Position numbers and translations under genes: made by a program
Notes under the pieces: model-generated
What the model saw: the letters and a program-made list of their open reading frames with translations, nothing else
The model's database searches: none
Told to the model about the DNA's origin: nothing
In this document: positions 29,916 to 40,374 of the stretch, in pieces
How positions within the stretch are numbered: the stretch's first letter is position 1
Layout: each line of letters starts with the position of its first letter
NCBI GenBank assembly: GCA_945861975.1
Contig: CAMAXD010000001.1
Span: 1 to 61,079 of the forward strand
DNA from: Candidatus Kuenenia stuttgartensis
Lineage (GTDB): Bacteria > Planctomycetota > Planctomycetia > Planctomycetales > Planctomycetaceae
DNA: 61,079 bases
Direction: 5' to 3'

Positions 29916-30212
29916 ATGCAATCGGAGGACGTCGTCCGACGACAGGTCAAGGTTACGCCCGAGGAAGGTCTGCACCTGCGTCCGATCACCCTGCTGGTGC
30001 GCTGCGCTACGACATTTTCTTCGTCAATCTCCCTCTTCTTTGACGGTCATCGGGCTGATGCGAAATCAGCATTTGACCTGATGCTCATGGCCGTGCCTAG
30101 TGGTGCAATCCTGAACGTGGAGGTCGCCGGAGCGGATGCGGAGGCGGCTGCCGACGCGATATGCCGCCTTTTCGAAGACGGCTTTTCCGTTCCGGGTACT
30201 GATCACCGCTGA
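29916..30212 (+). CDS. HPr-family phosphocarrier protein (HPr/NPr)
   Basis: Has the EGLHLRP motif (His15 equivalent). 98 aa. Lies between ptsN and the EI gene. Confidence 0.85.
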   Translation: MQSEDVVRRQVKVTPEEGLHLRPITLLVRCATTFSSSISLFFDGHRADAKSAFDLMLMAVPSGAILNVEVAGADAEAAADAICRLFEDGFSVPGTDHR

Positions 30213-30323
30213 AGTGGCTAAGCCGAGTCGTGGTTGATTGTCCTGCAAGTTTGCCGGGGCTAGACTACCGGCTGAACGTTGTCCGCTTGTGTCACGGCTA
30301 TCAGAAAAGACTCGCCAGCGCCA

Positions 30324-32084
30324 ATGAAGGTTTTCTCGGGAATTGCGGTTTCGCCAGGAATGGTTTCCGGCCCAGCGTTAGTGCTGGGCTCCGAGAACTT
30401 CCGCATCCCGCGAAAGTTTGTCAGCAAAGACGCGATCGATGCTGAACTCCAGCGTTTTCATATCGCGTTGGACTTGGTCTGCAAAGATATCAAAGGCAAT
30501 GAGCAACTGGTTTCTTCCCAGCTTGGTGCTCAGTACGGCGCAATTTTTTCTGCACATTTACAGATGGCGCAGGACCCGCGGCTGATTCGCGAAGTTGAGT
30601 CGCTGATTCGCGACCAGTGCCGCTCCCCGGAATTTGCCGTCAGCCGAGTATTACGCAGTTACGCGGAACAACTTCAGAAAATGGGTGACCGCTATTTATC
30701 AGAGCGTGCTCTCGACATCTTTGATCTTGAGAAACGACTTCTCCGCAAACTCCTTGGCGAAAGTCGGGAAGAGCTGAGCAACCTGACGGAACCAGTAATC
30801 ATTCTGGCTCATGATCTGACGCCGGGAGAGACCGCAACTCTTAACACGAAGTATGTGCTCGGCTTTGCCACCGAAGTGGGCGGTCACACGAGTCATACCG
30901 CGATCCTCGCAGGGGCTCTGGAGATTCCAGCGATTGTTGGATTGGGGCGATGCCTTGCTGAAATCTCCGGGGGAGAATCCGTTATTTTGGACGGTGATCA
31001 TGGCCGTGTGATCATTGATCCGGACGACGAAACGCTTGCCAGAGTTCAGCATTCACAGGCACGCAGCCAGCGTGTTCGTGATCGACTTGGCGAAATGGGT
31101 TCGCTGCCATCAGAGACACAGGATGGCCAACGCGTCACAATCTGCGGAAACATTGAGTTTCCCGAAGAGGTTCGACAGTGCATTAAACGCGGCGCGGATG
31201 GTGTCGGACTGTACCGAACCGAATTCTTGTTTCTCAGCGGAAATCGTGAACCGTCAGAATCAGACCACTACGAAGCCTACTGCCGCGTGGTCGAGGCTTG
31301 TGGCGATCTACCGGTCGTCATCAGAACACTGGACATCGGGGCCGATAAGGTTCCACAGTTAATGGCCGACCAGTTTGCCGAAAGCGCAAACCCGATGCTG
31401 GGACTGCGAAGTATTCGTCTGAGCCTGCGAAACACGCAGATGTTCAAGAGGCAACTGCGGGCCATCCTGCGAGCTTCGGTTCATGGCAATGTTCGCATCA
31501 TGTTTCCCCTGGTTGCCACACTGCTGGAATTCCGACAGGCGAAGATGATTCTGATGGACGTTATGGAGGATTTAGAGGACGAGGGGATCCCTTTTCAGCG
31601 AAACGTACCCATAGGAATGATGGTTGAGGTCCCGTCAGCCGTGATTCTGGCTGAAGAATTCGCAAGAGAAGTCGACTTCTTCTCGATTGGTACAAACGAT
31701 TTGATTCAATACACTCTCGCGTGTGATCGTTCGGATCCGACGGTGGCGCACCTGTATCGTTCAGGCGACCCGTCAATCCTGCGACTCATCCAGATGGTGC
31801 TTCGCGCCGCAGAAAAGCATGGGAAACCAGTGACGGTCTGCGGGCAAATGAGTTCTGATCCGCGGTTCATTCCGCTGCTGCTGGGCATGGGTTTGAGAAG
31901 TCTGAGTGCAACGCCTCAGGCGATTCCTCGACTGAAGGAGGTCGTCAGAAACCTGTCCATCACAGAAGCCGAACGAATCTCGCAACACGCGTGTTCGCTG
32001 GATCTGGCTCGGGACGTTGAACATTATTTGCAGGGCGAGTTATCACGGCTGTGCCCTGATCTTGTTGATGAAGTTGGATTTTAA
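30324..32084 (+). CDS. ptsI: phosphoenolpyruvate-protein phosphotransferase (PTS enzyme I, no N-terminal GAF domain)
   Basis: Reads MKVFSGIAVSPGMVSGPALV, GGHTSHTAILAGALEIPAIVG (active-site His), GLYRTEFLF, FFSIGTNDLIQYTLA, VCGQMSSDP. Start at ATG 30324. Confidence 0.92.
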   Translation: MKVFSGIAVSPGMVSGPALVLGSENFRIPRKFVSKDAIDAELQRFHIALDLVCKDIKGNEQLVSSQLGAQYGAIFSAHLQMAQDPRLIREVESLIRDQCRSPEFAVSRVLRSYAEQLQKMGDRYLSERALDIFDLEKRLLRKLLGESREELSNLTEPVIILAHDLTPGETATLNTKYVLGFATEVGGHTSHTAILAGALEIPAIVGLGRCLAEISGGESVILDGDHGRVIIDPDDETLARVQHSQARSQRVRDRLGEMGSLPSETQDGQRVTICGNIEFPEEVRQCIKRGADGVGLYRTEFLFLSGNREPSESDHYEAYCRVVEACGDLPVVIRTLDIGADKVPQLMADQFAESANPMLGLRSIRLSLRNTQMFKRQLRAILRASVHGNVRIMFPLVATLLEFRQAKMILMDVMEDLEDEGIPFQRNVPIGMMVEVPSAVILAEEFAREVDFFSIGTNDLIQYTLACDRSDPTVAHLYRSGDPSILRLIQMVLRAAEKHGKPVTVCGQMSSDPRFIPLLLGMGLRSLSATPQAIPRLKEVVRNLSITEAERISQHACSLDLARDVEHYLQGELSRLCPDLVDEVGF

Positions 32085-32085
32085 T

Positions 32086-32112
32086 TTTCCGCCGGGCCTG
32101 TCCCGGCGGAAA
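32086..32112 (+). terminator. GC-rich hairpin 2 nt after the ptsI stop (terminator-like, no clear U-tract)
   Basis: Perfect 11-bp stem TTTCCGCCGGG / CCCGGCGGAAA with the 5-nt loop CCTGT. Confidence 0.45.
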
Positions 32113-32652
32113 GTAACATTTCTGGTGGGTTGTCTCCGACCAGTCGGACGGCTGTCAGCGAAAAAAAGCAACAGTCCTCTGCCGATCGCCGGCAACATCG
32201 CCGATTCAAATTGATGAATATTCGTGTTGGGCGACGTTCGCTCAACCATGAAGAAACGGAATGCCGGGTCGAACCGGCGAAAGAAATGATCATCGCGTCA
32301 TGAACCAGTCGAAAGCGGCCACGACAATCCGAACGACGAGTCCCCCATTGGGCTTCCGTGTCGCCGTAATGTCGTCCGCTTCGCCTCTTCTGTTCCGTTC
32401 GCTTCCGACCACAAATGCACTCACAAGCAGTTTACGAACCATGTCATGCAGCCCGCGATTAACGCCCGCTGCCACTGTCCCGCTTTGCGGCTCACGGATT
32501 GAACAGTACCGACCTCGCGTTATGCGATTTCCAGTCGGAGATTCTTTCAATGAGGACATGCTTCGAATTCGCTTTCAGGACGCTGCTGCGATTCGGAAGA
32601 TGGAACCGGCCATGATGCAGACTGATCGTTCGTAAGAACGAAAGTTGTGACA

Positions 32653-34224
32653 ATGAAAAAAGAGATGCTGATCAATGTCCTCCAGCCGGAGGAAAGCCGA
32701 ATTGCCATCGTAGAAGATGGGATTCTTGAGGAGTTGTACGTCGAACGCAGCAGTGCGGAAAACTACGTCGGCAATATCTACAAGGGAAAGATCGTCAATA
32801 TCGAGCCCAGCATTCAGGCGGCCTTCGTCGACTTTGGTGTGGGACGAAACGGTTTTCTTCATATTAGTGATGTCGAATACCAGTACTACAAACATCTGGT
32901 TAAGGACGAGCCGGAAGAAGAAGAAGATCGCGAAGCTGGTCGTGGTGGCCGCCCCCCAAAACATCTCAATGAACGCAACGCACGTAACAAACCGCCGATT
33001 CAGCGAGTTTTCCAGCGTGGCAGCGAAGTCCTGGTGCAGGTGATCAAAGAGGGAATTGGAAACAAAGGCCCGACTCTTTCCACGTACATATCGATTCCGG
33101 GCCGATATCTGGTTTTGATGCCAGGCCTTCAGCGAGTTGGTGTCAGCCGCAAAATTGATGACGAGAAAACTCGTCGCCAACTTCGTCAGACAATGAAAGC
33201 CATCCAGCCGCCAAACGGCCTGGGCTTTATTATCCGCACCGCTGGTATCGACCGCGAAGAAGCAGATCTGCGACGCGACCTCAACTATCTGCTGCGGCTG
33301 TGGGAGACGATCGTCAAACGATTGAAGAATACTCCTGCACCCGCCGGATTGTACGAAGAAAGCGACATGATCATTCGTACGATCCGAGACATCTACAACA
33401 ATGAGATTGACTCCGTCCTGATCGACGAAGACGGTGCTTTTGAACGCGCTCGTGAGTTCATGAAAATCGTCATGCCAACTCACGTCAATCGCGTGCAGCG
33501 TTACGAGGGCGGAGAGCCTCTCTTCAATCAATACGGCATCGAAGAAGAGATTGCTCGTATTCAGGATCGCCACGTGCCTCTGCCCGGTGGTGGATCACTC
33601 GTGATTGATCAGACGGAAGCCCTTGTTGCCATTGACGTCAACAGCGGAAGCTTCAGAGCCGACAACGACGCTGAAAAGAGTGCGTATCAGATGAACCTGA
33701 AGGCGGCCAATGCGATTGCTCGCCAGATTCGTCTGCGTGACCTGGGCGGTGTCATCGTGAACGACTTTATCGACATGCGTGAAGAACGCCATCGTCGTGG
33801 AGTTGAGCGCGCATTGCGTGATGCAGTCATGCGAGATCGAGCAAGAACGCGAGTGCTCCGGATCAGCCCGTTCGGACTGATTGAAATGACACGTCAGCGA
33901 ATTCGACCTTCTCTGCGCCGCAGTGTGTACGAGAACTGTCCGGCCTGCAATGGCGTTGGTCAGGTGAAGACGGCTGAAAGCCTCTCGATTGAAGTCATGC
34001 GTCTTGTCATGTCTGCTTCAAGTCAGGAAAACGTCGTTAAGATTCAGATCGAAGTTCATGATCGCGTCGGCAATTATCTGAATAATCGCAAACGTAAGGA
34101 ACTGATCCGGATTGAAGAGGAAAATAAAGTGGAGATCGTGATCGTTGCGAAGTCAGATGTTTGTCTCGAACACATGACATTTCGCTGCGAAGATACAAAC
34201 GGCAGGGAACTGAATCCAAACTGA
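32653..34224 (+). CDS. ribonuclease E/G family endoribonuclease (catalytic domain only, RNase G-sized)
   Basis: Reads MKKEMLINVLQPEESRIAIVEDG...VGNIYKGKIVNIEPSIQAAFVDFG (S1 domain), IDQTEALVAIDVNSG, VIVNDFIDM, and CPACNGVG (Zn-link). Start at ATG 32653. Confidence 0.9.
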   Translation: MKKEMLINVLQPEESRIAIVEDGILEELYVERSSAENYVGNIYKGKIVNIEPSIQAAFVDFGVGRNGFLHISDVEYQYYKHLVKDEPEEEEDREAGRGGRPPKHLNERNARNKPPIQRVFQRGSEVLVQVIKEGIGNKGPTLSTYISIPGRYLVLMPGLQRVGVSRKIDDEKTRRQLRQTMKAIQPPNGLGFIIRTAGIDREEADLRRDLNYLLRLWETIVKRLKNTPAPAGLYEESDMIIRTIRDIYNNEIDSVLIDEDGAFERAREFMKIVMPTHVNRVQRYEGGEPLFNQYGIEEEIARIQDRHVPLPGGGSLVIDQTEALVAIDVNSGSFRADNDAEKSAYQMNLKAANAIARQIRLRDLGGVIVNDFIDMREERHRRGVERALRDAVMRDRARTRVLRISPFGLIEMTRQRIRPSLRRSVYENCPACNGVGQVKTAESLSIEVMRLVMSASSQENVVKIQIEVHDRVGNYLNNRKRKELIRIEEENKVEIVIVAKSDVCLEHMTFRCEDTNGRELNPN

Positions 34225-34256
34225 TTACAGAACTGCTTAAGAATCCCGAATCCTTA

Positions 34257-34288
34257 AGCCCGGCATTCTTTAATGCCGGGCTTTTTTT
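34257..34288 (+). terminator. intrinsic terminator after the RNase E/G gene
   Basis: Perfect 11-bp stem AGCCCGGCATT / AATGCCGGGCT, loop CTTT, followed by a T7 run. Confidence 0.8.
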
Positions 34289-34499
34289 CTGCTGGTTCAT
34301 ATCTGTTATCAACTTATTCCGCCCCCAGAAAGAACAGGGAACCGTGCAAAGAATCATGACCGTGCTTCAGATTCAAAATCTTGGCCACAGCCAGCAACGT
34401 GAGGTGCAAACTTAAATTTGCCATCGAGCTCGCTTAATGTCACGATATGACCTCAAGGCAATACTCTGCCGGCCCTTCCACCACTGGGACAACGCCCTC

Positions 34500-37400
34500 A
34501 TGCGATCCGCCAATTTATTCATCCCGCTCGCTGTTGTTTTCATGTTGGCTCTGCCCTGCCCTGCTCAGGAAGAACGAATTCCTCATGCTCAGGACAAATC
34601 ACCGGGACCGGCTCTCAGCCCTGCTGAAGCAATCGCGAAGATGACTGTGCCCGAAGGATTTTCGGTTGAACTGGTGGCTTCTGAACCTGACATCGTCAAT
34701 CCGGTTGCGATGACGATTGATGAACGAGGCCGCTTCTGGATCACCGAGTCGCTCGAATATCCGCGACGTTCGCCGGGACCGGGTAAGGATCGCGTCAAAA
34801 TTCTGGAAGACACCGATGCGGATGGCAAGGCCGACAAGTTCAGCGTGTTCATGGAAGGCCTGAACATCCCGAGCGGCATTGCTGTCGGACATGGCGGAGT
34901 CTGGATTGCGAATTCGCCCGATATCCTGTTTGTGCAGGACACCGACGGCGATGGCAAGGCCGATACGTCGGAAGTTGTCGTCACCGGTTTTGGTCGCGAT
35001 GACACTCACGAACTTCCGAACTCACTGACCTGGGGACCGGATGGCTGGCTGTATGGGCTCAACGGCGTTTTCAATCCCGCCCATGTTGTTTACGGTCCGA
35101 AGAATCCGAACTTCGAAGACGGTCAGAAGCCATGGGACTTCACTTGTGCGATGTTTCGCATTCACCCGAAGACTCGCGAGTTCCAGGTCTTCTGTGAAGG
35201 CACAAGCAATCCATGGGGCATTGCGTTCAACCATGAAGGAGAAGCCTTCATCAGCGCGTGCGTGATTGATCACTTGTGGCATCTGACGGAGACGGGTTAC
35301 TACCATCGTCAGGGCGGACCGTATCCGCCGTTCACGTGGAAGATCGAAAGTATCGTCAGCCACAAACATCAGAAGGCCGCGTATTGCGGCATTCACTGGT
35401 ACGACAGCGATGCCTATCCTGAGCAATACCGCAAGAAGCTCTACATGGGCAACATCCACGGAAGCTGCATCAACAGCGACAGCATTGAACGCTTCGAATC
35501 CACATACAAGGCGACACCGGAAGCAGACCTGCTAAGCGCAAATGATGCGTGGTTTATGCCGGTGGTTCAGAAGACAGGTCCGGATGGTTGTCTTTACATT
35601 CTCGATTGGTACGACCGCTATCACTGCTATCAGGATGCAAATCGTGATCCTGCCGGCATCGACCGCCTGAAGGGACGACTGTATCGGCTGCGATACAAGG
35701 ACACGCCGCGTGCAAAGCCGGAGGACATGGCGAAGCTCGATGATCAGGCGCTTGTCACTCGACTCGGATCAGGCAACGGCTATCACCGAGACATCGCTCA
35801 ACGGTTGCTGACCGAGCGAATGCTGCTGGACAGCGACCACAAACAACTCGTGGAGAATCTGACTTTGGCTTTGTTTCTACCTGGCCCGGATGAACGGTTG
35901 ATGCCTGCATTGGGAGTACTCAGCGCGAGCAACCACCTGTCGAACGAGCTGAGTCAGGCATTGATGAAGAATGGAGTAGTGCCTGTTGCCAAAGCCTGGG
36001 TTGTTCGTTCTGCGGGTGATTTAGATACGTTGCCAAAGCCGATTTCAGACGAGATCTTCGAACTCCGCAACGATCCATCACCGCAGGTTCGTCTGCAAGT
36101 TGCAATCGCCGCCGCCAAGCAGGAATCTATTCCAACCATTCCGACTCTCGTTGCTGTGCTGGCTCAAGCTGGCGACGATCCGCTGGTGCCGCGAATTGTC
36201 TGGCAGAATCTGCATCCGCTGCTCGAAAAGCAGACGGCGGAGTTCGTGGCGGAAGTTCAGAAGCTGCGCGCGGTCGACACAGGAACATTTCCCAAACCTG
36301 TCATTGAACTGCTTCCTCGTGCTGCAGATCGAATTCTTTCGACCAGTAAGCCGGATACTCTGGCTGTCGCGGAACTCGTCAAGCTGATGCTCAGCACTGA
36401 AGCCACGGATGAATCGGCCGATCGATGCCTGCAGTTGCTGACCGCTCGAATTCGATCGGGAGAAATCACGGGCGACTCGCTGGACAGTATTCGAAAAGAA
36501 CTGGAAGAGTCACTCAATTCGGCAATGAAAGCCAATGCCTCGCGACCATCCACGTTGTCCGCGATCGAACTTGCGGCGTCGTTGAAAATGGAAGATGCGA
36601 TTATTCGAGCTCGTCAAGTGGTGCCGCAGACAAAGGACGATACGATTGCGTTGCGGCTCGTCAACGCTCTGGTCACAGCTGGTTCTGAAGATGGGCTGAC
36701 GTTTGCCGAGAAGATTCTGGTTTCGGACAGATCGGCTGATGTGCGTCGACGAGCCGTTCAAGCCATCGGGCGAATTGGCTCAACGGCGAGCACATCAGCG
36801 ATGATCAGTCATCTTGCCGAACTTCCCGCCGATGTTCAGCCTGCAGCGATCGAAGCTCTCACCGATCGAGCGGACTCCGCCACCGAATTGCTTAGGCTCG
36901 TTCGCGAGGGCAAGGTGCCGTCAACGCTGATCAACGCGAATCAGGCTCAGAAGATGCTAAGTCTAAAGAGCAAGCCGCTGGCCGATCTGGTCACCAAGCA
37001 CTGGGGAATCGTTCGCACCGAACGCGATCCGGCGCGAGTCGAATTGATTGCTCGCATGCGGAACGAACTACGAACCAGCGACGGCGATCCTGTCACTGGC
37101 CGAGTCGTCTTCAAGAAGCTCTGCGCACAGTGTCACAAGATGTATGGTGAGGGAGCCGAAGTCGGGCCGGATATCACTCGCAACGGCCGAGCGTCGTTTG
37201 AACAGTTGCTGTCGAACGTGTTTGACCCAAGCCTTGTGATTGGATCCGCGTATCAGGGTCTGACGGTGGTTACAAAAGAAGGACGAGTCGTTTCTGGTCT
37301 GCCTGCCGAAGACAGTCCGCAGCGAGTTGTTCTGAAGGTACAGGGCGACAAACAAGAGATCATCGCGCGGAGCGATATCGACGAAGTTGTTCCCAGCAAG

Positions 37401-37979
37401 TTATCGCTGATGCCTGAAGGGATCGAAAAGCAACTGCACTCCCAGGAGCTTCATGATCTGTTCGCGTTCATCACACTCGATAAGCCACCCGAAGATCCAA
37501 ACGCGAGGTTACTGGCAGGCTCGCGAATTGTGCCGGGAGAGTCATCAAAGTCTGACGAGTTCCCGGCATTGCTGGAGCAACTGCTGCCAGGCTTCGCGAC
37601 ATCGATGGTCGGCGAAGGTGGAGTCGCCGTTCTGGCAGACTATCACGGTCGCCCGGCCGTTCGAACTCATCCCGTTTCACGTTCAGAAGTCTGCCGCCTG
37701 ACATCTTCCACAACGCTGCCGTCGGCAGCAAAAGTTACATTGCGACTGAGTGTTGCGTCACATGCTCACGGAGACTGGCAACTCACCGTTAACGTAAACG
37801 GTGAGATTCGCCACCAGTCCATCGTGAAATGCAAAGGTAAGGAAGTGGACTGGAAGGAGATCACTATTGACCTGACAGATCTCGCCGGCCAATCGGTCAC
37901 GCTGGAACTGCTCAACAAAGCGAATGACTGGTCGAATGAGTTTGGCTACTGGAACGCAGCGGAGATCCTCACGGAATAG
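34500..37979 (+). CDS. PVC-type heme-binding CxxCH protein (membrane-bound-dehydrogenase-like beta-propeller, HEAT repeats, cytochrome c domain)
   Basis: Signal MRSANLFIPLAVVFMLALPCPAQ. Reads FSVELVASEPDIVNPVAM, DTDGDGKAD x2, a HEAT-like middle, and the heme motif CAQCH at 37122-37136 followed by SLMPEG. Start at ATG 34500. Confidence 0.9.
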   Translation: MRSANLFIPLAVVFMLALPCPAQEERIPHAQDKSPGPALSPAEAIAKMTVPEGFSVELVASEPDIVNPVAMTIDERGRFWITESLEYPRRSPGPGKDRVKILEDTDADGKADKFSVFMEGLNIPSGIAVGHGGVWIANSPDILFVQDTDGDGKADTSEVVVTGFGRDDTHELPNSLTWGPDGWLYGLNGVFNPAHVVYGPKNPNFEDGQKPWDFTCAMFRIHPKTREFQVFCEGTSNPWGIAFNHEGEAFISACVIDHLWHLTETGYYHRQGGPYPPFTWKIESIVSHKHQKAAYCGIHWYDSDAYPEQYRKKLYMGNIHGSCINSDSIERFESTYKATPEADLLSANDAWFMPVVQKTGPDGCLYILDWYDRYHCYQDANRDPAGIDRLKGRLYRLRYKDTPRAKPEDMAKLDDQALVTRLGSGNGYHRDIAQRLLTERMLLDSDHKQLVENLTLALFLPGPDERLMPALGVLSASNHLSNELSQALMKNGVVPVAKAWVVRSAGDLDTLPKPISDEIFELRNDPSPQVRLQVAIAAAKQESIPTIPTLVAVLAQAGDDPLVPRIVWQNLHPLLEKQTAEFVAEVQKLRAVDTGTFPKPVIELLPRAADRILSTSKPDTLAVAELVKLMLSTEATDESADRCLQLLTARIRSGEITGDSLDSIRKELEESLNSAMKANASRPSTLSAIELAASLKMEDAIIRARQVVPQTKDDTIALRLVNALVTAGSEDGLTFAEKILVSDRSADVRRRAVQAIGRIGSTASTSAMISHLAELPADVQPAAIEALTDRADSATELLRLVREGKVPSTLINANQAQKMLSLKSKPLADLVTKHWGIVRTERDPARVELIARMRNELRTSDGDPVTGRVVFKKLCAQCHKMYGEGAEVGPDITRNGRASFEQLLSNVFDPSLVIGSAYQGLTVVTKEGRVVSGLPAEDSPQRVVLKVQGDKQEIIARSDIDEVVPSKLSLMPEGIEKQLHSQELHDLFAFITLDKPPEDPNARLLAGSRIVPGESSKSDEFPALLEQLLPGFATSMVGEGGVAVLADYHGRPAVRTHPVSRSEVCRLTSSTTLPSAAKVTLRLSVASHAHGDWQLTVNVNGEIRHQSIVKCKGKEVDWKEITIDLTDLAGQSVTLELLNKANDWSNEFGYWNAAEILTE

Positions 37980-38158
37980 TGGACGACTCAATAAGCAGAA
38001 GAGACATAAACCACTTGCCAACAATGGTTTACAACAAAACCTCGATCCAGCTGCGCCAGAAAACTGTGCTTTCCTGAATTATTGAGCCTCGAATAGACTT
38101 TGTTCTCAAAACTCCGCCGAAGCGATCGGTCAGATTTTGTTGAAGGGGGCTTCTGGCT

Positions 38159-39217
38159 TTGACAAGGATTCGTCAATGCCAATGGCTGATTGCAGCCGTC
38201 GTTTTGATTCTAAGCGTCAGTGGCTGTGCGCATCATCAGGCACCTCTGCCGTCAGGGTATCGGTCTGCGCAAACTCTTGACGGACGAGCACTCCCGCCGG
38301 GAAGAAATTACTGGGCTGCCTTCAGCAATCCTTCACGCTTTAACGCGAATGGTTTGTATCTCCTGCGTCCCTATCACCCGGGCCGAACGCCTCTCGTACT
38401 CATCCATGGCCTGGCATCAGATGCATTCACCTGGGAACAAGTTGTAACAGCCCTGGACTCAGATCCAACGATTGCGTCGCGATACCAGATCTGGCTTTAT
38501 CAGTACCCGACCGGACTCTCTTATCTTCGAACGGCGGCCGATCTTCGCAGAGAACTGATGTCGACTCGAGAAATCATTGATCCGCAAAAGCTGGACCCCG
38601 CGATCGATCAGACAGTGCTTGTTGGCCATAGCATGGGAGGGCTGCTTGCGAAGCTCCAGGTGAGCTACAGCGATGATCAACTTTGGCGAGCGATCTCCGA
38701 CGTCCCGCTGAATGATGCTCTCAACACAGGTCCGATTCCGGATGACACGGTTTCCGCATTTCTGTTTCAACCCGTGCCTCATGTGAAACGAGTTGTCTAC
38801 ATGGCAACGCCACATCAGGGTTCGAACTGGACACAACAACCCCTCGGACGACTGGGGCGCTGGTTGATCAATGTCCCGGACAACACTCTGGTCGAATATC
38901 GCAGGCTGATACGAGGCAATCCGGGCCTGTTTCGAAATCCGGGGCCGACACCGCCGACCAGCCTCGATCATCTGATCCCCGGAAATCCCGTAATCCGTTC
39001 CTCAAACTCTCTGAGATATTCAGACGCGGTCCTCACCCATTCCATTATAGGTACTGGATATCAGTCGCCCGATGGATTGATTGGAGACGGCGTCGTTCCG
39101 GTTATCAGTGCGCATCGCCCTGACGTCAGAACTGAACGACTTGTCAAAGCCACGCATTCCGGAATCCTGCAAAACGCCGTAGCTGTAGCCGAGCTAAAAT
39201 GCATCCTCTTGCAGTGA
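38159..39217 (+). CDS. alpha/beta-hydrolase lipoprotein (esterase/lipase family)
   Basis: Lipobox-like LSVSGC. Has LVLIHGLASD and the nucleophile elbow GHSMGG. There is no in-frame ATG near the 5' end, so TTG 38159 is assumed. Confidence 0.78.
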   Translation: MTRIRQCQWLIAAVVLILSVSGCAHHQAPLPSGYRSAQTLDGRALPPGRNYWAAFSNPSRFNANGLYLLRPYHPGRTPLVLIHGLASDAFTWEQVVTALDSDPTIASRYQIWLYQYPTGLSYLRTAADLRRELMSTREIIDPQKLDPAIDQTVLVGHSMGGLLAKLQVSYSDDQLWRAISDVPLNDALNTGPIPDDTVSAFLFQPVPHVKRVVYMATPHQGSNWTQQPLGRLGRWLINVPDNTLVEYRRLIRGNPGLFRNPGPTPPTSLDHLIPGNPVIRSSNSLRYSDAVLTHSIIGTGYQSPDGLIGDGVVPVISAHRPDVRTERLVKATHSGILQNAVAVAELKCILLQ

Positions 39218-39309
39218 TCCGTCTGGATCACTCTGCTATTCCGGCGAATCGGCTACAACTTCGTTTCTGAACACGGAATTCAATCTGTCTCTCAGCCGAA
39301 AGTTGTGCC

Positions 39310-40266
39310 ATGCCGAACTCCAGCATTCCTCGACGGACATTTCTTGGTACCACTCTGAGCGTCGTTGCGGCGGCGGCGACATGCAACGCTCAGGCAAATT
39401 CGGTGGATCAATCCGACGATTTGGAGATCATTGATTGCCATACTCATTTTTATGACCCGACGCGTCCTGAAGGGGTCCCATGGCCATCTCCTGGTTCTTC
39501 ACTGTATCGAACCGTACTTCCGAAACATCTGCGGGAATTGAAACAGTCTCGCAAAATCACTGGTACTGTGATCGTCGAAGCAAGCCCTCTGGTTGAAGAC
39601 AACGCCTGGCTGCTGGATCTGGCCAAAGAGGATCCCTTTATCGTTGGCATCGTCGGAAATCTACTGCCTGGGAAAGATGAGTTCGCAGGACACCTTGATC
39701 GCTTCGTCAGAAGTCCTCTGTTCCGTGGCATTCGGGTTTCTTCGAAAACAGTGACTGATCTGCTGAACTCATCATCACTCGATGATCTCAAAAAGATGAT
39801 CGATCATGATCTGTCATTGGATGTTAACGGAGGCCCTGATACTCCCGGCATCGTGGCACAACTGGCCGAGAAACTTCCAGCACTCAGAATTGTTCAGAAC
39901 CACATCGGCAATGTGCGCATTACGGTCGATCCTCCACCTGCCGACTGGAAAGCTGGTATTGAGGCTGCTGCAAAGCACGCCAATGTGTTCTGCAAGATTT
40001 CGGCACTGGTTGAAGCGGCATCACGAGACGGACAAAAGGCTCCTGCGGAGATGAGCTTCTATAAGCCCTACATCGATGTTGTCTGGAACGCCTTTGGTGA
40101 TGATCGCGTGATTTATGGGAGCAACTGGCCGGTTTCCGAGAGCTCCGCCGACTATGAAACGCTGCAGAGAATCGTAATGGACTATGCGGCTGAACGTGGC
40201 AACGATGCGACTGCAAAGTTTTGCTCAAAGAACGCAGCTGGTGCCTACAAATGGGTTCGACGCTAA
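39310..40266 (+). CDS. amidohydrolase-2 family metal-dependent hydrolase with Tat-type signal
   Basis: Has the twin-Arg signal RRTFLGTTLSVVAAAA, IIDCHTHFYDP (HxH metal motif), and a C-terminal YGSNWP. Confidence 0.85.
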   Translation: MPNSSIPRRTFLGTTLSVVAAAATCNAQANSVDQSDDLEIIDCHTHFYDPTRPEGVPWPSPGSSLYRTVLPKHLRELKQSRKITGTVIVEASPLVEDNAWLLDLAKEDPFIVGIVGNLLPGKDEFAGHLDRFVRSPLFRGIRVSSKTVTDLLNSSSLDDLKKMIDHDLSLDVNGGPDTPGIVAQLAEKLPALRIVQNHIGNVRITVDPPPADWKAGIEAAAKHANVFCKISALVEAASRDGQKAPAEMSFYKPYIDVVWNAFGDDRVIYGSNWPVSESSADYETLQRIVMDYAAERGNDATAKFCSKNAAGAYKWVRR

Positions 40267-40374
40267 GCGTCGTCTATTCAGGTCAATAGGGTACTCAGTG
40301 AGTGGCGATCACCAGAAGAACGACGCCTGACACTGCGATTTGCGATGATCCATCTGCTGAACTAAATTGCGTCC

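Noticed and set aside
32575-33573. 332-aa ORF on the minus strand, fully antisense to the RNase E/G gene. Similar long antisense ORFs occur at 1974..2693, 3130..3819, 19613..20140, 23607..24113, 29395..29847, 34589..35459, 38459..38971, 49263..49829 and 59465..60175.
   Set aside because: Each lies wholly inside a gene whose sense-strand product carries unmistakable family motifs. The antisense translations have no recognisable motifs and skewed composition. They look like shadow ORFs.
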